Shown here piece by piece: positions 40,570 through 50,032 of a stretch of 64,000 nucleotides of DNA (the stretch's first letter is position 1; every line of letters starts with the position of its first letter). The notes under the pieces were generated by a model. That model did not search any database and was not told the DNA's origin. It saw nothing but the letters and a program-made list of their open reading frames with translations. The position numbers and the translations under genes are program-made. The DNA is taken from positions 99,697 through 163,696 of the forward strand of contig CAUFQQ010000002.1 in NCBI GenBank assembly GCA_959028125.1. The letters are read 5' to 3'. Origin of the DNA: an uncultured Bifidobacterium sp. (lineage in GTDB: Bacteria > Actinomycetota > Actinomycetes > Actinomycetales > Bifidobacteriaceae).

Positions 40570-43500
40570 AATTCGAATATCCTTCCCAACTGCCGGTTTC
40601 CGCTGCACGTAGCGATATTGCCGAGGCGGTGAAGTCGAGCCAAGTGGTGATTGTGTCTGGTCAGACGGGTTCCGGTAAGACCACGCAGCTGCCGAAGATT
40701 CTGTTGGAATTGGGCCGTGGATCGCATGGCAGGCAGATTGTGCACACGCAGCCGCGTAGGCTGGCCGCTCGTACCGTGGCCGAACGTATCGCCGCGGAGA
40801 TGGGCGTGCGTTTGGGCGACGAGGTCGGCTATCAGGTGCGTTTCACCGATGAGAGCTCACCGAAGACCCGTCTTCGCGTGGTGACCGACGGTATTCTGTT
40901 GGCGCAGATTCAACGCGATCCGAAACTGATGCAATACGATACGATCGTTATCGACGAGGCGCACGAACGTAGTCTCAATATTGACTTTCTGCTCGGTTAT
41001 TTGACTGCGCTATTGCCGAAACGACGTGACCTGAAATTGGTAATCACGTCGGCGACGATTGATTCGGTGAAGTTCCAGGAGCATTTCGAGCACGCTTTGC
41101 ATACGAAAGTGCCGGTTATCGAGGTTTCGGGACGAACCTACCCCGTGCAGGTCGTGTATGAGCCGCTGGGCACCGCTCCGGCGTTGATGCGTTCCGTACC
41201 CGGTTTTGAAACGGGCGCGATGCCGGGCGATGCCGACTATGAAACGTTGTCGGCCGCTCCCGACGCGAAGGATTCCCATGAGCCGAACGTTGACATGCCG
41301 ACGGCGGTGGCGCGCGCCTGTGCCGAGTTGGTGATTCATTCGAGTCATGACCGTGGCCCGCGCGATATTCTCGTGTTCGCTTCGGGCGAGCGCGACATTC
41401 ATGATTTTGAGAATGCGCTGCGCCATCATTATGGTCCGCGTGCCATTGATATGCGTCGTCCTGATGCGATTGAGATCGTGCCGTTGTTCGCGCGGTTGTC
41501 CTCCAAGGAGCAGCATCGCGTGTTTGAGCCGCATGACCATCAGCGTATTGTGATCGCTACGAATGTGGCCGAAACGTCGTTGACGGTGCCGGGCATTCGT
41601 TATGTGGTCGACCCTGGCACCGCTCGTATTTCACGTTATTCGAAGAGCGCGAAAGTGCAACGGCTTCCGATTGAACCGATCAGTCAGGCGAGCGCGAACC
41701 AACGTTCGGGCCGTTGCGGCCGTATTGCCGATGGTATTGCGATTCGCTTGTATTCTCGCGAGGATTTTGAGACGCGCCCGGAATTCACGGAGCCTGAGAT
41801 TCTGCGCACGTCGTTGGGTGCGGTCGTATTGCATATGCTGTCGGTGGGTGTGGCTCGTACCGCGCAGGATGTTACGGATTTCGGCTTCATCGATCCGCCT
41901 GATATGAAGGCGGTGTCTGATGGTTTCAATGAGTTGACCGAGTTGAAGGCCGTGGCGCGCAAGCATGGCGAGGTTGTGCTGACGCATACAGGTCGCATGC
42001 TTGCACGCATTCCGATCGACGTGCGTTTGGGCCGTATGATCATCGAGGCTGCGAAGTCGACCACGCCGAACACGTTGGCCGCAGTGCTGGTGGTGGTCGC
42101 GTTCCTAAGTTTGCAGGATCCCCGCGAACGTCCGGATGAGAATCGTGAGGAGGCCGACCGCATTCATAACCGGTATGCCGATCTGTCCAGTGATTTTCTG
42201 ACCGCGTTGAACTTGTGGGATCGCGTGTTCCAAGCTGATGGCGAGCCGAGCAATTCCGCGCTTCGTAGGATTTGCAAGACTGAGTATTTGAGTTGGCTGC
42301 GCATCCGTCAGTGGAAGGATCTGGTCACGCAGTTGCGTGAGATGTGCAAGGAATTCAAGTTCAAGGTTGGCGATCCGATTCCGGCTTCGCGTCCGCCGCT
42401 TGAGATTCGTCAGCTTCCGTCGAATCAGCAGGCTGCGCATTCGTTGTGTTGTTCGTGGGATGCGCAGGGTATTCATACGTCGATGCTTTCGGGCTTGTTG
42501 TCGATGATGGGCATGCAGATCGTGCGTGAACCGAAGGCATCTGATTTCGCTGGCTTGAAGGGCGCTGCCCGTGCGCGTGCCATGAAGCGTGCGCAGAAGA
42601 TGGCGAAGAATGATTATCAGGGTGCGCGTGGCACGCATTTCGCATTGTTCCCGGCTTCCGCAGTCGCCAAGTCGACACCGCAATGGGTGATGAGCACGGA
42701 GTTGGTGGAAACGAGCCGCTTGTGGGCGCGATATTCCGCCCAGATCGATCCCGCTTGGGCTGAACCGTTGGCGGGTTCGTTGACGCGAACCACGTATGCG
42801 GATCCGCATTGGTCAGGCTCGCGTGGCTCCGCGGTGGCGAGCGCAAAGGTACTGTTGTATGGTTTGCCAATCGTACAGGATCGTACGGTGCAGTGGGGTC
42901 GTATCAATCCGCTGGAGGCCCGTGATTTTCTGATTCGTCAGGGTTTGGTCGAGGGTGATATTCAGCAGCGGTTCTCGTATGACGATTTCATTGCGAAGAA
43001 TCGCGATGTGTTGGAGGACGCCGCCGACGATGCGAGTCGCACACGTCAGATGGCGCAGGCGGTCAGTGATGAGGATCTGTTCGATTTTTATAATTCGGTG
43101 ATTCCCAATACTGTCACGTCGGTTGCGGATCTTGCGAAATGGTGGAAGTCAAAGCATGATGAGCAGCCGGATTTGTTGGATTTTGATCCGGAGAAGGTGG
43201 AGCGTCTTGCTGATGCCGAGTCAGTGTCGTTGGCTGATTATCCGGATCATTGGCATACGTTGGGTACGGACGGCTCCCCTATCGATTTGCGGTTGAGTTA
43301 TGTGTATGACCCGCATGATCCAAACGATGGCGTGACCGTGCATGTGCCGTTGAAGGTGTTGTCTCGTTTGACACCGGAACAGTTCACGTGGAATGTTCCC
43401 GGATTGCTGGATGAGTTGATTGTCGGCATGATCAAGTCGTTGCCGAAGACGTTGCGCGTGCAGTTTGTTCCCGCTCCTGATACGGCTCATAAGATTCGTG

Positions 43501-44666
43501 CGTGGATTGATGAGAGGTATCCGGATCTGCCTGGTTCCGGTAACCAGCAGAAGCCGAATCTTGCTCCTACCAATGCGGAGGGTGTGGCCGCGTGGCCGGA
43601 TTTGCCTCATACGTTCACGCAGGCGGCAATCAGCATCGTTGGCGCGCAGATTCACCCTGAAGTGTTGACTGGTGAATTGTGGAGCAAGCTCACGCCGTAT
43701 TTGCGCGTGACGTTCTCTGTGGAGCAGCAGTTGCCTCCGAGTCGCAAGAGTCAGCATGGCAGGCGTCATGCGCGGGGCCCTGTCAAGGTGCTTGGCTCGG
43801 GCAAATCGTTGGTGGAGTTGCAGCGCAAGTTTGCGGAGCAAGCCGAGGCTTCCGCACGGCAGATGGTAAAGAAGCAGGCGGAAAACGCTGGAAATCAGGG
43901 CAAGCTTGTGGAGCAGGCCAATCTGCTGCATAAGGCTGGTGCCACTACCGAAGCTCGTTCCACCATGCTGTGGCGCGGTGCACTTGATGTTTTGCGTATG
44001 CCGAGCGAGCGTATTTCGTCGCGTTGGTTGGGTGCGGAGGCGTTGATGTTGGCGTCCGCACCATATCAGTCCACGAAGGATCTTACTGAGGATCTGCAGT
44101 TGGCTGCGGTGAAGCGTTTGCTGCCGAATGTTGACGAATTGCCGGATGATGAGGCGTTGGCGAATGCGGTGCTTGATGTGCGTGAAGTGTTCGAAGATAC
44201 CGTGTATGCGGTTGCGCATGATGTGATCGCTATTTTGAAGCGGTATGCGGAGGTTGATAAAGCCGTGTCGGGCAAGGCCGATCTGCCGATGTTGAGCGTT
44301 TTGCAGTCGATTCGTGAGCATATCGCCACGCTGGTGTATCCGGGATTCATCGGCAAGACTCCCCCGGATGCGTTGGCGTCGATTGAACGGTATCTGCATG
44401 CTGACGTGCTTCGTTTAGGTAAGGCGAAGAACGACAAGAATCGTGATGTGCGTTGGGCTTGGGAGGCTGATGAGGCCAAGCAGTTGGCCGACAAGGCCAT
44501 GGCGAAGGCCGAACGTGAGCCTGCAGGTCCGCGTCATGAGGCGTTGATGAAGCAGGCGGTCACCGCACGTTGGATGCTTGAGGAATTCTACGTATCATTG
44601 TGGGCGCAGGAACTCGGCACGCCGAAGCCGATCAGCCTGCAGCGCATCAAGAAAGCGTTGAGCTAA
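40566..44666 (+). CDS. hrpA: ATP-dependent RNA helicase HrpA
   Basis: GQTGSGKTTQ, DEAH, SAT, TNVAETSLT, QRSGRCGR; C-terminal WMLEEFYVSLWAQ. Confidence 0.95.
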   Translation: MKFEYPSQLPVSAARSDIAEAVKSSQVVIVSGQTGSGKTTQLPKILLELGRGSHGRQIVHTQPRRLAARTVAERIAAEMGVRLGDEVGYQVRFTDESSPKTRLRVVTDGILLAQIQRDPKLMQYDTIVIDEAHERSLNIDFLLGYLTALLPKRRDLKLVITSATIDSVKFQEHFEHALHTKVPVIEVSGRTYPVQVVYEPLGTAPALMRSVPGFETGAMPGDADYETLSAAPDAKDSHEPNVDMPTAVARACAELVIHSSHDRGPRDILVFASGERDIHDFENALRHHYGPRAIDMRRPDAIEIVPLFARLSSKEQHRVFEPHDHQRIVIATNVAETSLTVPGIRYVVDPGTARISRYSKSAKVQRLPIEPISQASANQRSGRCGRIADGIAIRLYSREDFETRPEFTEPEILRTSLGAVVLHMLSVGVARTAQDVTDFGFIDPPDMKAVSDGFNELTELKAVARKHGEVVLTHTGRMLARIPIDVRLGRMIIEAAKSTTPNTLAAVLVVVAFLSLQDPRERPDENREEADRIHNRYADLSSDFLTALNLWDRVFQADGEPSNSALRRICKTEYLSWLRIRQWKDLVTQLREMCKEFKFKVGDPIPASRPPLEIRQLPSNQQAAHSLCCSWDAQGIHTSMLSGLLSMMGMQIVREPKASDFAGLKGAARARAMKRAQKMAKNDYQGARGTHFALFPASAVAKSTPQWVMSTELVETSRLWARYSAQIDPAWAEPLAGSLTRTTYADPHWSGSRGSAVASAKVLLYGLPIVQDRTVQWGRINPLEARDFLIRQGLVEGDIQQRFSYDDFIAKNRDVLEDAADDASRTRQMAQAVSDEDLFDFYNSVIPNTVTSVADLAKWWKSKHDEQPDLLDFDPEKVERLADAESVSLADYPDHWHTLGTDGSPIDLRLSYVYDPHDPNDGVTVHVPLKVLSRLTPEQFTWNVPGLLDELIVGMIKSLPKTLRVQFVPAPDTAHKIRAWIDERYPDLPGSGNQQKPNLAPTNAEGVAAWPDLPHTFTQAAISIVGAQIHPEVLTGELWSKLTPYLRVTFSVEQQLPPSRKSQHGRRHARGPVKVLGSGKSLVELQRKFAEQAEASARQMVKKQAENAGNQGKLVEQANLLHKAGATTEARSTMLWRGALDVLRMPSERISSRWLGAEALMLASAPYQSTKDLTEDLQLAAVKRLLPNVDELPDDEALANAVLDVREVFEDTVYAVAHDVIAILKRYAEVDKAVSGKADLPMLSVLQSIREHIATLVYPGFIGKTPPDALASIERYLHADVLRLGKAKNDKNRDVRWAWEADEAKQLADKAMAKAEREPAGPRHEALMKQAVTARWMLEEFYVSLWAQELGTPKPISLQRIKKALS

Positions 44667-44687
44667 CGCATCATCATCTTTCGCATT

Positions 44688-44732
44688 CCATTGCCGTCGA
44701 TACTGGCGGTTTTCCAGTATCGACGGCAATGG
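44688..44732. terminator. 19-bp hairpin between hrpA and the convergent permease
   Basis: CCATTGCCGTCGATACTGG / CCAGTATCGACGGCAATGG. Confidence 0.78.
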
Positions 44733-44775
44733 GACCTAATGAAATCATCCTCAGCCGAACCATGGTTAGCACACT

Positions 44776-45852
44776 CTAGCGTTGCTTGAAGAAACGGAAC
44801 AACTGCGTTTCACGTATCGTCATACCGACGAGCACGCTTGATACCATCACTCCAGCGAATATCGCACATGGCGCGCGCATCGCACCCAACCATACGGTCA
44901 TTGAATCGGCGATGCTCATGCGAACGCAATACGCACCCAACAGCGCGGCCGAAGAGGCACACGCCAAACCGCTCCAAATCAACGTTTCCACAGCGATTTC
45001 CAGCAATTGCGCACCTTTGGACTGCCCTGAATGCAATGCGCCAGCATATTCCAATCTACGACGACGCACGCCGAACGCGCCGAGCACCAGCCCCACAACC
45101 AATCCCAGCCACGGCATCCAACGGGTCATGCGCTGCCCATACGAAGCTTGCGCATCGTAATGCGAATCGAAACTCTTATTCACCTGCGTCACGCCGGCAT
45201 TGGATGACGAACCCGACGCAACCAGCGTGGAAAACAACACATCCTCCGTCTGCCCGCTTTGCGGCCACTGTCTGACCCAACATTCGTCGAACGTGCCATT
45301 CGACGCAGATACGGGCACAAGGAACGCGTAGGCGAATCGCGTGTCACGACCATCGTTCGGCCAATCAAACACGCCTGCGACGCTCATCGTTCCCTGTTCG
45401 GTCTGCATTACACTGCCTTTGGTGAGACCAAAATCCTTGGACACGTCGGTAGATACCCACACGCCGGACACATCGGTTTTCGTGGTCCTGGCGATCATCC
45501 TGATCATGCCGGGCGTTACTTCATACGACGATATATCCTTGCCGGGCGTGGCAAGCGGCACAATCTGTTGACCGGCACGCATCGCACCGGCCAAGGTGCC
45601 CATCACACCGCCGCCAGCGTCGGCGAGCCTGTCACATGCGGCTCCGTCCACCGTTCCCCCAACGATGGCGCCAACGTCGGCATAGGCGTTGATGCGTTGT
45701 ACCGCCTCGGTTTCGAGCCCCACCACATTGGCGGCCTCATATCCGCCGAGCAATGTAGACGCGAACAATACCGCTGCAAACATAAGCAGCGCATGACTCA
45801 CTCCCGCGCCAATATTGCGCAACGCTTCGGAAAGCACCGATCGTAATCGCAT
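44776..45852 (-). CDS. FtsX/MacB-like ABC exporter permease (1 TM + extracellular domain + 3 TM)
   Basis: N-terminal SEALRNI, then TM, long extracellular loop, RRRLEYAGALHSG and IAVET, typical of MacB-type topology. Confidence 0.7.
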   Translation of the reverse strand: MRLRSVLSEALRNIGAGVSHALLMFAAVLFASTLLGGYEAANVVGLETEAVQRINAYADVGAIVGGTVDGAACDRLADAGGGVMGTLAGAMRAGQQIVPLATPGKDISSYEVTPGMIRMIARTTKTDVSGVWVSTDVSKDFGLTKGSVMQTEQGTMSVAGVFDWPNDGRDTRFAYAFLVPVSASNGTFDECWVRQWPQSGQTEDVLFSTLVASGSSSNAGVTQVNKSFDSHYDAQASYGQRMTRWMPWLGLVVGLVLGAFGVRRRRLEYAGALHSGQSKGAQLLEIAVETLIWSGLACASSAALLGAYCVRMSIADSMTVWLGAMRAPCAIFAGVMVSSVLVGMTIRETQLFRFFKQR

Positions 45853-45858
45853 AATCGC

Positions 45859-46947
45859 CTACTCGCAGGTGAGATTGTTAAGTCCGCTGCCGATTTCCAC
45901 ATTGGAGATCGAAGCGATGTCTTCGCTGTCGGCTTGCACGAGGCTCACGCCAAGTTCGCCTCCCACGATCGACACTTTCACGGGAGTGTTGCCATGATTG
46001 TTGGATGTGGGCACGATGCAGCCGGTTGAACCGTTGATGCCGAATACCGCACCGGCTGGAACGCGCAGCACTCGCATCCGTTCGCTCAAGGCCAAAGTGG
46101 CGTCAAATCCCGCTTTTTTGGATTCCACGTCCACGGATTGGTAGCTGTCGTTCGCTTCGACTTGTTGCAGGAACCCGGCATCCGTGATTTCAGTGGTATT
46201 GGCTGGCAATGTTCCCGTAATGCCGAATATCGTCAACGTGCGGTCCTGCGCGGATGCGGTGCCGTTTTTGATGGTGAGTTTCGTCAATGATCCGGGGATT
46301 TTGCCGATTGCGGTGCCGCCCGTCACCATGGATCCGGCGGTTGCGTTCCACTCGTCAACGGCGACTTCGTGTTCGGGAATCCACAATGTGTCGGCCAATG
46401 ACAACGATCCATCCGACGTATTGCCGTTGTCGGCCATCAACTGCTTCCACCCGTCCGATGTGGCCCGCCAATAGGTATCCGATCCGGGAACGCTGTTGTA
46501 GCCAAGTAAGCTGAGTTCATTATTCAGGGCGAGCACATCGCCGCCGGTGTCTCCGGTCTTCAGATCGCGATACAAGGGGGTTGCGGTGTTCAACGCCACT
46601 ACCGTGCGATCGTTCACCTGATAGGCACCTTTGCCTGAGGTCAGGCCGTTGCCGGACCAGTCCGCGGTGACCAGGCCACTCGCATTGCCGAAAAGATCAC
46701 GGTCACTGGAAATGGTGGGCACCACGGTAACTTGTTGCGTACCCGCGTATTCCTGTACGCTGGCGGGAACCACAGTCCTCTCCCCCGCCGAACTGAGCAA
46801 TGTCGGAGTGCGGTCAGGCAGCCACAATGCGCAGGATCCGACCGCAATACAGGCTGCCGTGACAGCCGCCAGCAAAGTCCAAGTCACAGCAGTGCACTTC
46901 GAACGCTTCCCTCCCGTCCTTTGCTTCATTCCGAATCGTCGCGTCAT
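45859..46947 (-). CDS. Membrane-anchored membrane-fusion/adaptor-like protein with PG-binding-like domain
   Basis: N-terminal TM; PLYRDLKTGDTGGDVLALNNELSLLGY (PG_binding_1-like); VLRVPAGAV (MFP C-terminal motif). Confidence 0.65.
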   Translation of the reverse strand: MTRRFGMKQRTGGKRSKCTAVTWTLLAAVTAACIAVGSCALWLPDRTPTLLSSAGERTVVPASVQEYAGTQQVTVVPTISSDRDLFGNASGLVTADWSGNGLTSGKGAYQVNDRTVVALNTATPLYRDLKTGDTGGDVLALNNELSLLGYNSVPGSDTYWRATSDGWKQLMADNGNTSDGSLSLADTLWIPEHEVAVDEWNATAGSMVTGGTAIGKIPGSLTKLTIKNGTASAQDRTLTIFGITGTLPANTTEITDAGFLQQVEANDSYQSVDVESKKAGFDATLALSERMRVLRVPAGAVFGINGSTGCIVPTSNNHGNTPVKVSIVGGELGVSLVQADSEDIASISNVEIGSGLNNLTCE

Positions 46948-47025
46948 ACTATACCCCTTCAATCACGACCAACAAGCACCATCAGCGAATACATCACCAT
47001 GATTCCCCTGGAATCACTTACCTTC

Positions 47026-47742
47026 TCACCACAACTGTTCCGTATCGTCGGTCGCATATCCCACGTTGTAGCCGTTCGACACAAGGCAACTGCGCACTTG
47101 CAGGTTCTGCATGTCAAACGAAGTGTTGCCATCCGTTCCGGAAAACTCCTTGTTGAACCGGCTTACGGTATAGTCCTTCGGCACGAGCGAGTCTCTATGC
47201 AAACAATCGACCACGGCTTGCGCTTGATCGGCATACAGATTCGGATTGCCTACGATAATGCCGTACACATCCTGCGCATCTGCAACATACTCATCGCCGC
47301 ATTCCGTGGAATCATCGGAATATCGGGATTCCTGAATGGTCGTTCCCTGTTTGTGTCCAGCTTCGGCATAGAGTCCGCTCGGATATTTGATGAGTTTGAT
47401 TTCCTTATATCCTTTGTCGATCATGCATTGCCGGTAATCGGACCAGGCTTTCTCATAATCCGACGTTGAAATCTCACCCGTACTCTTGGCTTTGTCCAAT
47501 ATCGTTTTCTGCGATTCAGCGATATTACCTTGCGATTCCCGCTGTTCAATCCATTCACTCAAAGACGCCGCCAATTTCTGTCCGCCCGCCGACCCATTTT
47601 CGGATGATGATTCCGATGTGGCAGAATCAGAAGATGCGCCTGTGGCATCCCCATTAATTGAGCATCCCGCCAAAAGCATTGACAATGCGACGGCAAGAAC
47701 GCAAGTCTTGCAAAATGACATCCAAGAAGTCACCATCTTCAC
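47026..47742 (-). CDS. Lipoprotein of unknown function with four mature-domain Cys
   Basis: Lipobox LAGC, Ser-rich linker, YRQCMIDKGY / DCLHRDSL / SCLVSNGY motifs. Confidence 0.75.
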   Translation of the reverse strand: MKMVTSWMSFCKTCVLAVALSMLLAGCSINGDATGASSDSATSESSSENGSAGGQKLAASLSEWIEQRESQGNIAESQKTILDKAKSTGEISTSDYEKAWSDYRQCMIDKGYKEIKLIKYPSGLYAEAGHKQGTTIQESRYSDDSTECGDEYVADAQDVYGIIVGNPNLYADQAQAVVDCLHRDSLVPKDYTVSRFNKEFSGTDGNTSFDMQNLQVRSCLVSNGYNVGYATDDTEQLW

Positions 47743-47929
47743 CCCCGTACTAATGTGTCACAACGAGTGTAGCACCGCATGATAATGTGCATAGCAGGCG
47801 GCATTTCCGAAAAACTTACTTGCATATACGCAAATGAGGTAGGGTGGATGTTGCGTGGCTGCAATTAGGGGACTACAAATGATTGGCAAGGGTGCGTCGG
47901 TAAGGTGATTGCCTCGTGAAAGGTTGGCT

Positions 47930-48580
47930 ATGCGCGTTGCGGTTGAGGGGTTGGCTCATCGATTTGAGGGAACCGATCTGCTGTTCGAGAATTTGAGTTT
48001 CGTGGCCGAACCTGGTGTGACCATTGCGATATGCGGTCCGTCGGGATGCGGCAAGTCAACATTGCTGTCGATTCTTGCAGGATGGGAGCAGCCTTACGCT
48101 GGCACGGTGACGAGAGAAGGTGTGGATCGTGTTGGATGGGTGTTTCAGAATCCGTATGGTGTTGCGGAACGCACGGCGCTCGACCATGTGGTGTTTCCAC
48201 TGCTCGCCAAGGGAATGAGCCGCCGCGAAGCGGAACCAAAGGCTTTGGAAGCGATGGAACTGTTCGATCTGGCGTATGCGGCGGACAGGCGTTTCTGCGA
48301 TTTGTCTGGAGGCGAGGCGCAGCGTCTTATGCTCGCGCGTGCGGTATGTTCCAGGCCGAACATGCTGCTGGTTGATGAGCCGACCGCCCAGTTGGATACG
48401 CGTACATCACATTCCGTAAGCCATGTGCTCGGCAATCTGGCCGGTCAAGGCATGATCGTGCTGGTGGCAACCCATGATCCGGACACGCGGGACGCCTGCG
48501 ATCGCGTAATCGATCTAGCCGACTACGCTCCGCAAGTCGGCGGATCTACTGCCCAGTCCGCCAACATCGCAGTCCACTAA
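47930..48580 (+). CDS. ABC transporter ATP-binding protein (LolD/MacB-like)
   Basis: GPSGCGKS, VFQ, LSGGEAQR, LLVDEPT, ATHD. Confidence 0.9.
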   Translation: MRVAVEGLAHRFEGTDLLFENLSFVAEPGVTIAICGPSGCGKSTLLSILAGWEQPYAGTVTREGVDRVGWVFQNPYGVAERTALDHVVFPLLAKGMSRREAEPKALEAMELFDLAYAADRRFCDLSGGEAQRLMLARAVCSRPNMLLVDEPTAQLDTRTSHSVSHVLGNLAGQGMIVLVATHDPDTRDACDRVIDLADYAPQVGGSTAQSANIAVH

Positions 48581-48670
48581 TCGCTTTCCGCAATCTCAAC
48601 GAATTACAGATAAAACTTCTATAACTTTGCCGCTTTCAGAAACCGCTCGTTCAAACCCGACCAAATGCCA

Positions 48671-49912
48671 TCAGGCTTGCTGTTTGGCGTAGAAATCGCG
48701 TTCTCGAGCTACGAACGGGCGCAGCAGTGTTGTGGTGCCAACCGCACACAGCAGGAAGATCGCGCCCACAGGGCCAAGCCACATCAGTCCCAAATGGGCG
48801 TTGACCAGTCCACCAACCGCGGAGCCGACCGCGATGCCGATGTTGAACGACATGGAATTGAGCGATGCGGCCAGATTCAGCGATCCCGGATGCGACTGAG
48901 AGGCAACATCCATATATAGCACCTGCGAGGCGGAATTCTGCAGATACATGAACATGCCAAGCACCACCAGCAGCAACGCACCATACACCGGCACCCAATG
49001 CGTTACGATCAGCGATGCCATGAGCACGGCGTGCGCGCAGTAGATCGGACGAATATGCGTCAGTGGTTCCACTCCCCTGCCACGGTCGGCAAGCTTGCCG
49101 CCATACAGGTTGCTCCACAGGCAGGCCGCGCCGAAAATCACCAGGCCGACGCTTAAATACTGTTCGGGAACATGCACTTCGTCTCGCATGATCGGCGTCA
49201 GATACGTATAGAACACGTAAGTTGCCGCCGCGCCAAACACCACGGCAAGCACGCCCAACTGAATACGACGGTCGAAAAACAGGCGGAACTGCGGCAGAAA
49301 ACCAATCTTCACAATACGGCTGTTGCGCGGCAACACCATCACCATGAGCACAATAAGCACCACTGTGAGCACGTTCACCAAATGGAACGCCCAACGCCAG
49401 CCGAACGTGTTCGCAACCCACGTGCCAACCGGCACACCCACCACGGATGCGATGGAGAAGCCGGAAAACACCCATGCGATGAACTTCGTGCGGTACTGTT
49501 CAGTTGTTACATCGGGCGCGTACGTCATGGCAATGGCCACCAGCGTGCCGGACACCAGCGCGATGAGAATTCGCGCCACCACGAGCACGCCATAATTCGA
49601 CGCGAACGCGCACAGCACGTTGCCGATAAGGAACACCCCAACCAGCGTCAGATGCGTGGCAAAACGCGGAAAACGAGCCGACAGCGCCGATCCGAGCGGC
49701 GTGACCGGCGCATACACGAACGCGAACAGCGACACAAGATTGCCGACCGTCACCTCCGACACCTTCAAGCCAGCCGCGATATCCGGCAGAACGCCAACGA
49801 CAATGAACTCGCTCATGCCCAGCATGAAACTCAGCGAGATCAGCACAATCACAGGCAGATTGAAAAACCGTTCCTTCGCCACATCACTCTTCGCCATACA
49901 CTTCTCCTCCAT
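48671..49912 (-). CDS. MFS transporter (DHA1/AraJ-like efflux)
   Basis: SEFIVVGVLPDIA, GVPVGTW...GWRWAF, about 12 hydrophobic segments. Confidence 0.9.
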   Translation of the reverse strand: MEEKCMAKSDVAKERFFNLPVIVLISLSFMLGMSEFIVVGVLPDIAAGLKVSEVTVGNLVSLFAFVYAPVTPLGSALSARFPRFATHLTLVGVFLIGNVLCAFASNYGVLVVARILIALVSGTLVAIAMTYAPDVTTEQYRTKFIAWVFSGFSIASVVGVPVGTWVANTFGWRWAFHLVNVLTVVLIVLMVMVLPRNSRIVKIGFLPQFRLFFDRRIQLGVLAVVFGAAATYVFYTYLTPIMRDEVHVPEQYLSVGLVIFGAACLWSNLYGGKLADRGRGVEPLTHIRPIYCAHAVLMASLIVTHWVPVYGALLLVVLGMFMYLQNSASQVLYMDVASQSHPGSLNLAASLNSMSFNIGIAVGSAVGGLVNAHLGLMWLGPVGAIFLLCAVGTTTLLRPFVARERDFYAKQQA

Positions 49913-50032
49913 AGCCCCTCGAACTCCCCACGCCTTGCCAAACTCGCATTGTCATTAAAGCTTCTCACGTCAATCGATTGACGAATCAATCGTCAAACAA
50001 ACGATAAGCCAAACGCGATACAATGACGCGCG

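Noticed and set aside
47743..47929. Bacteriocin or cargo peptide gene beside the ABC exporter
   Set aside because: I found no convincing small ORF with an RBS and leader on either strand.
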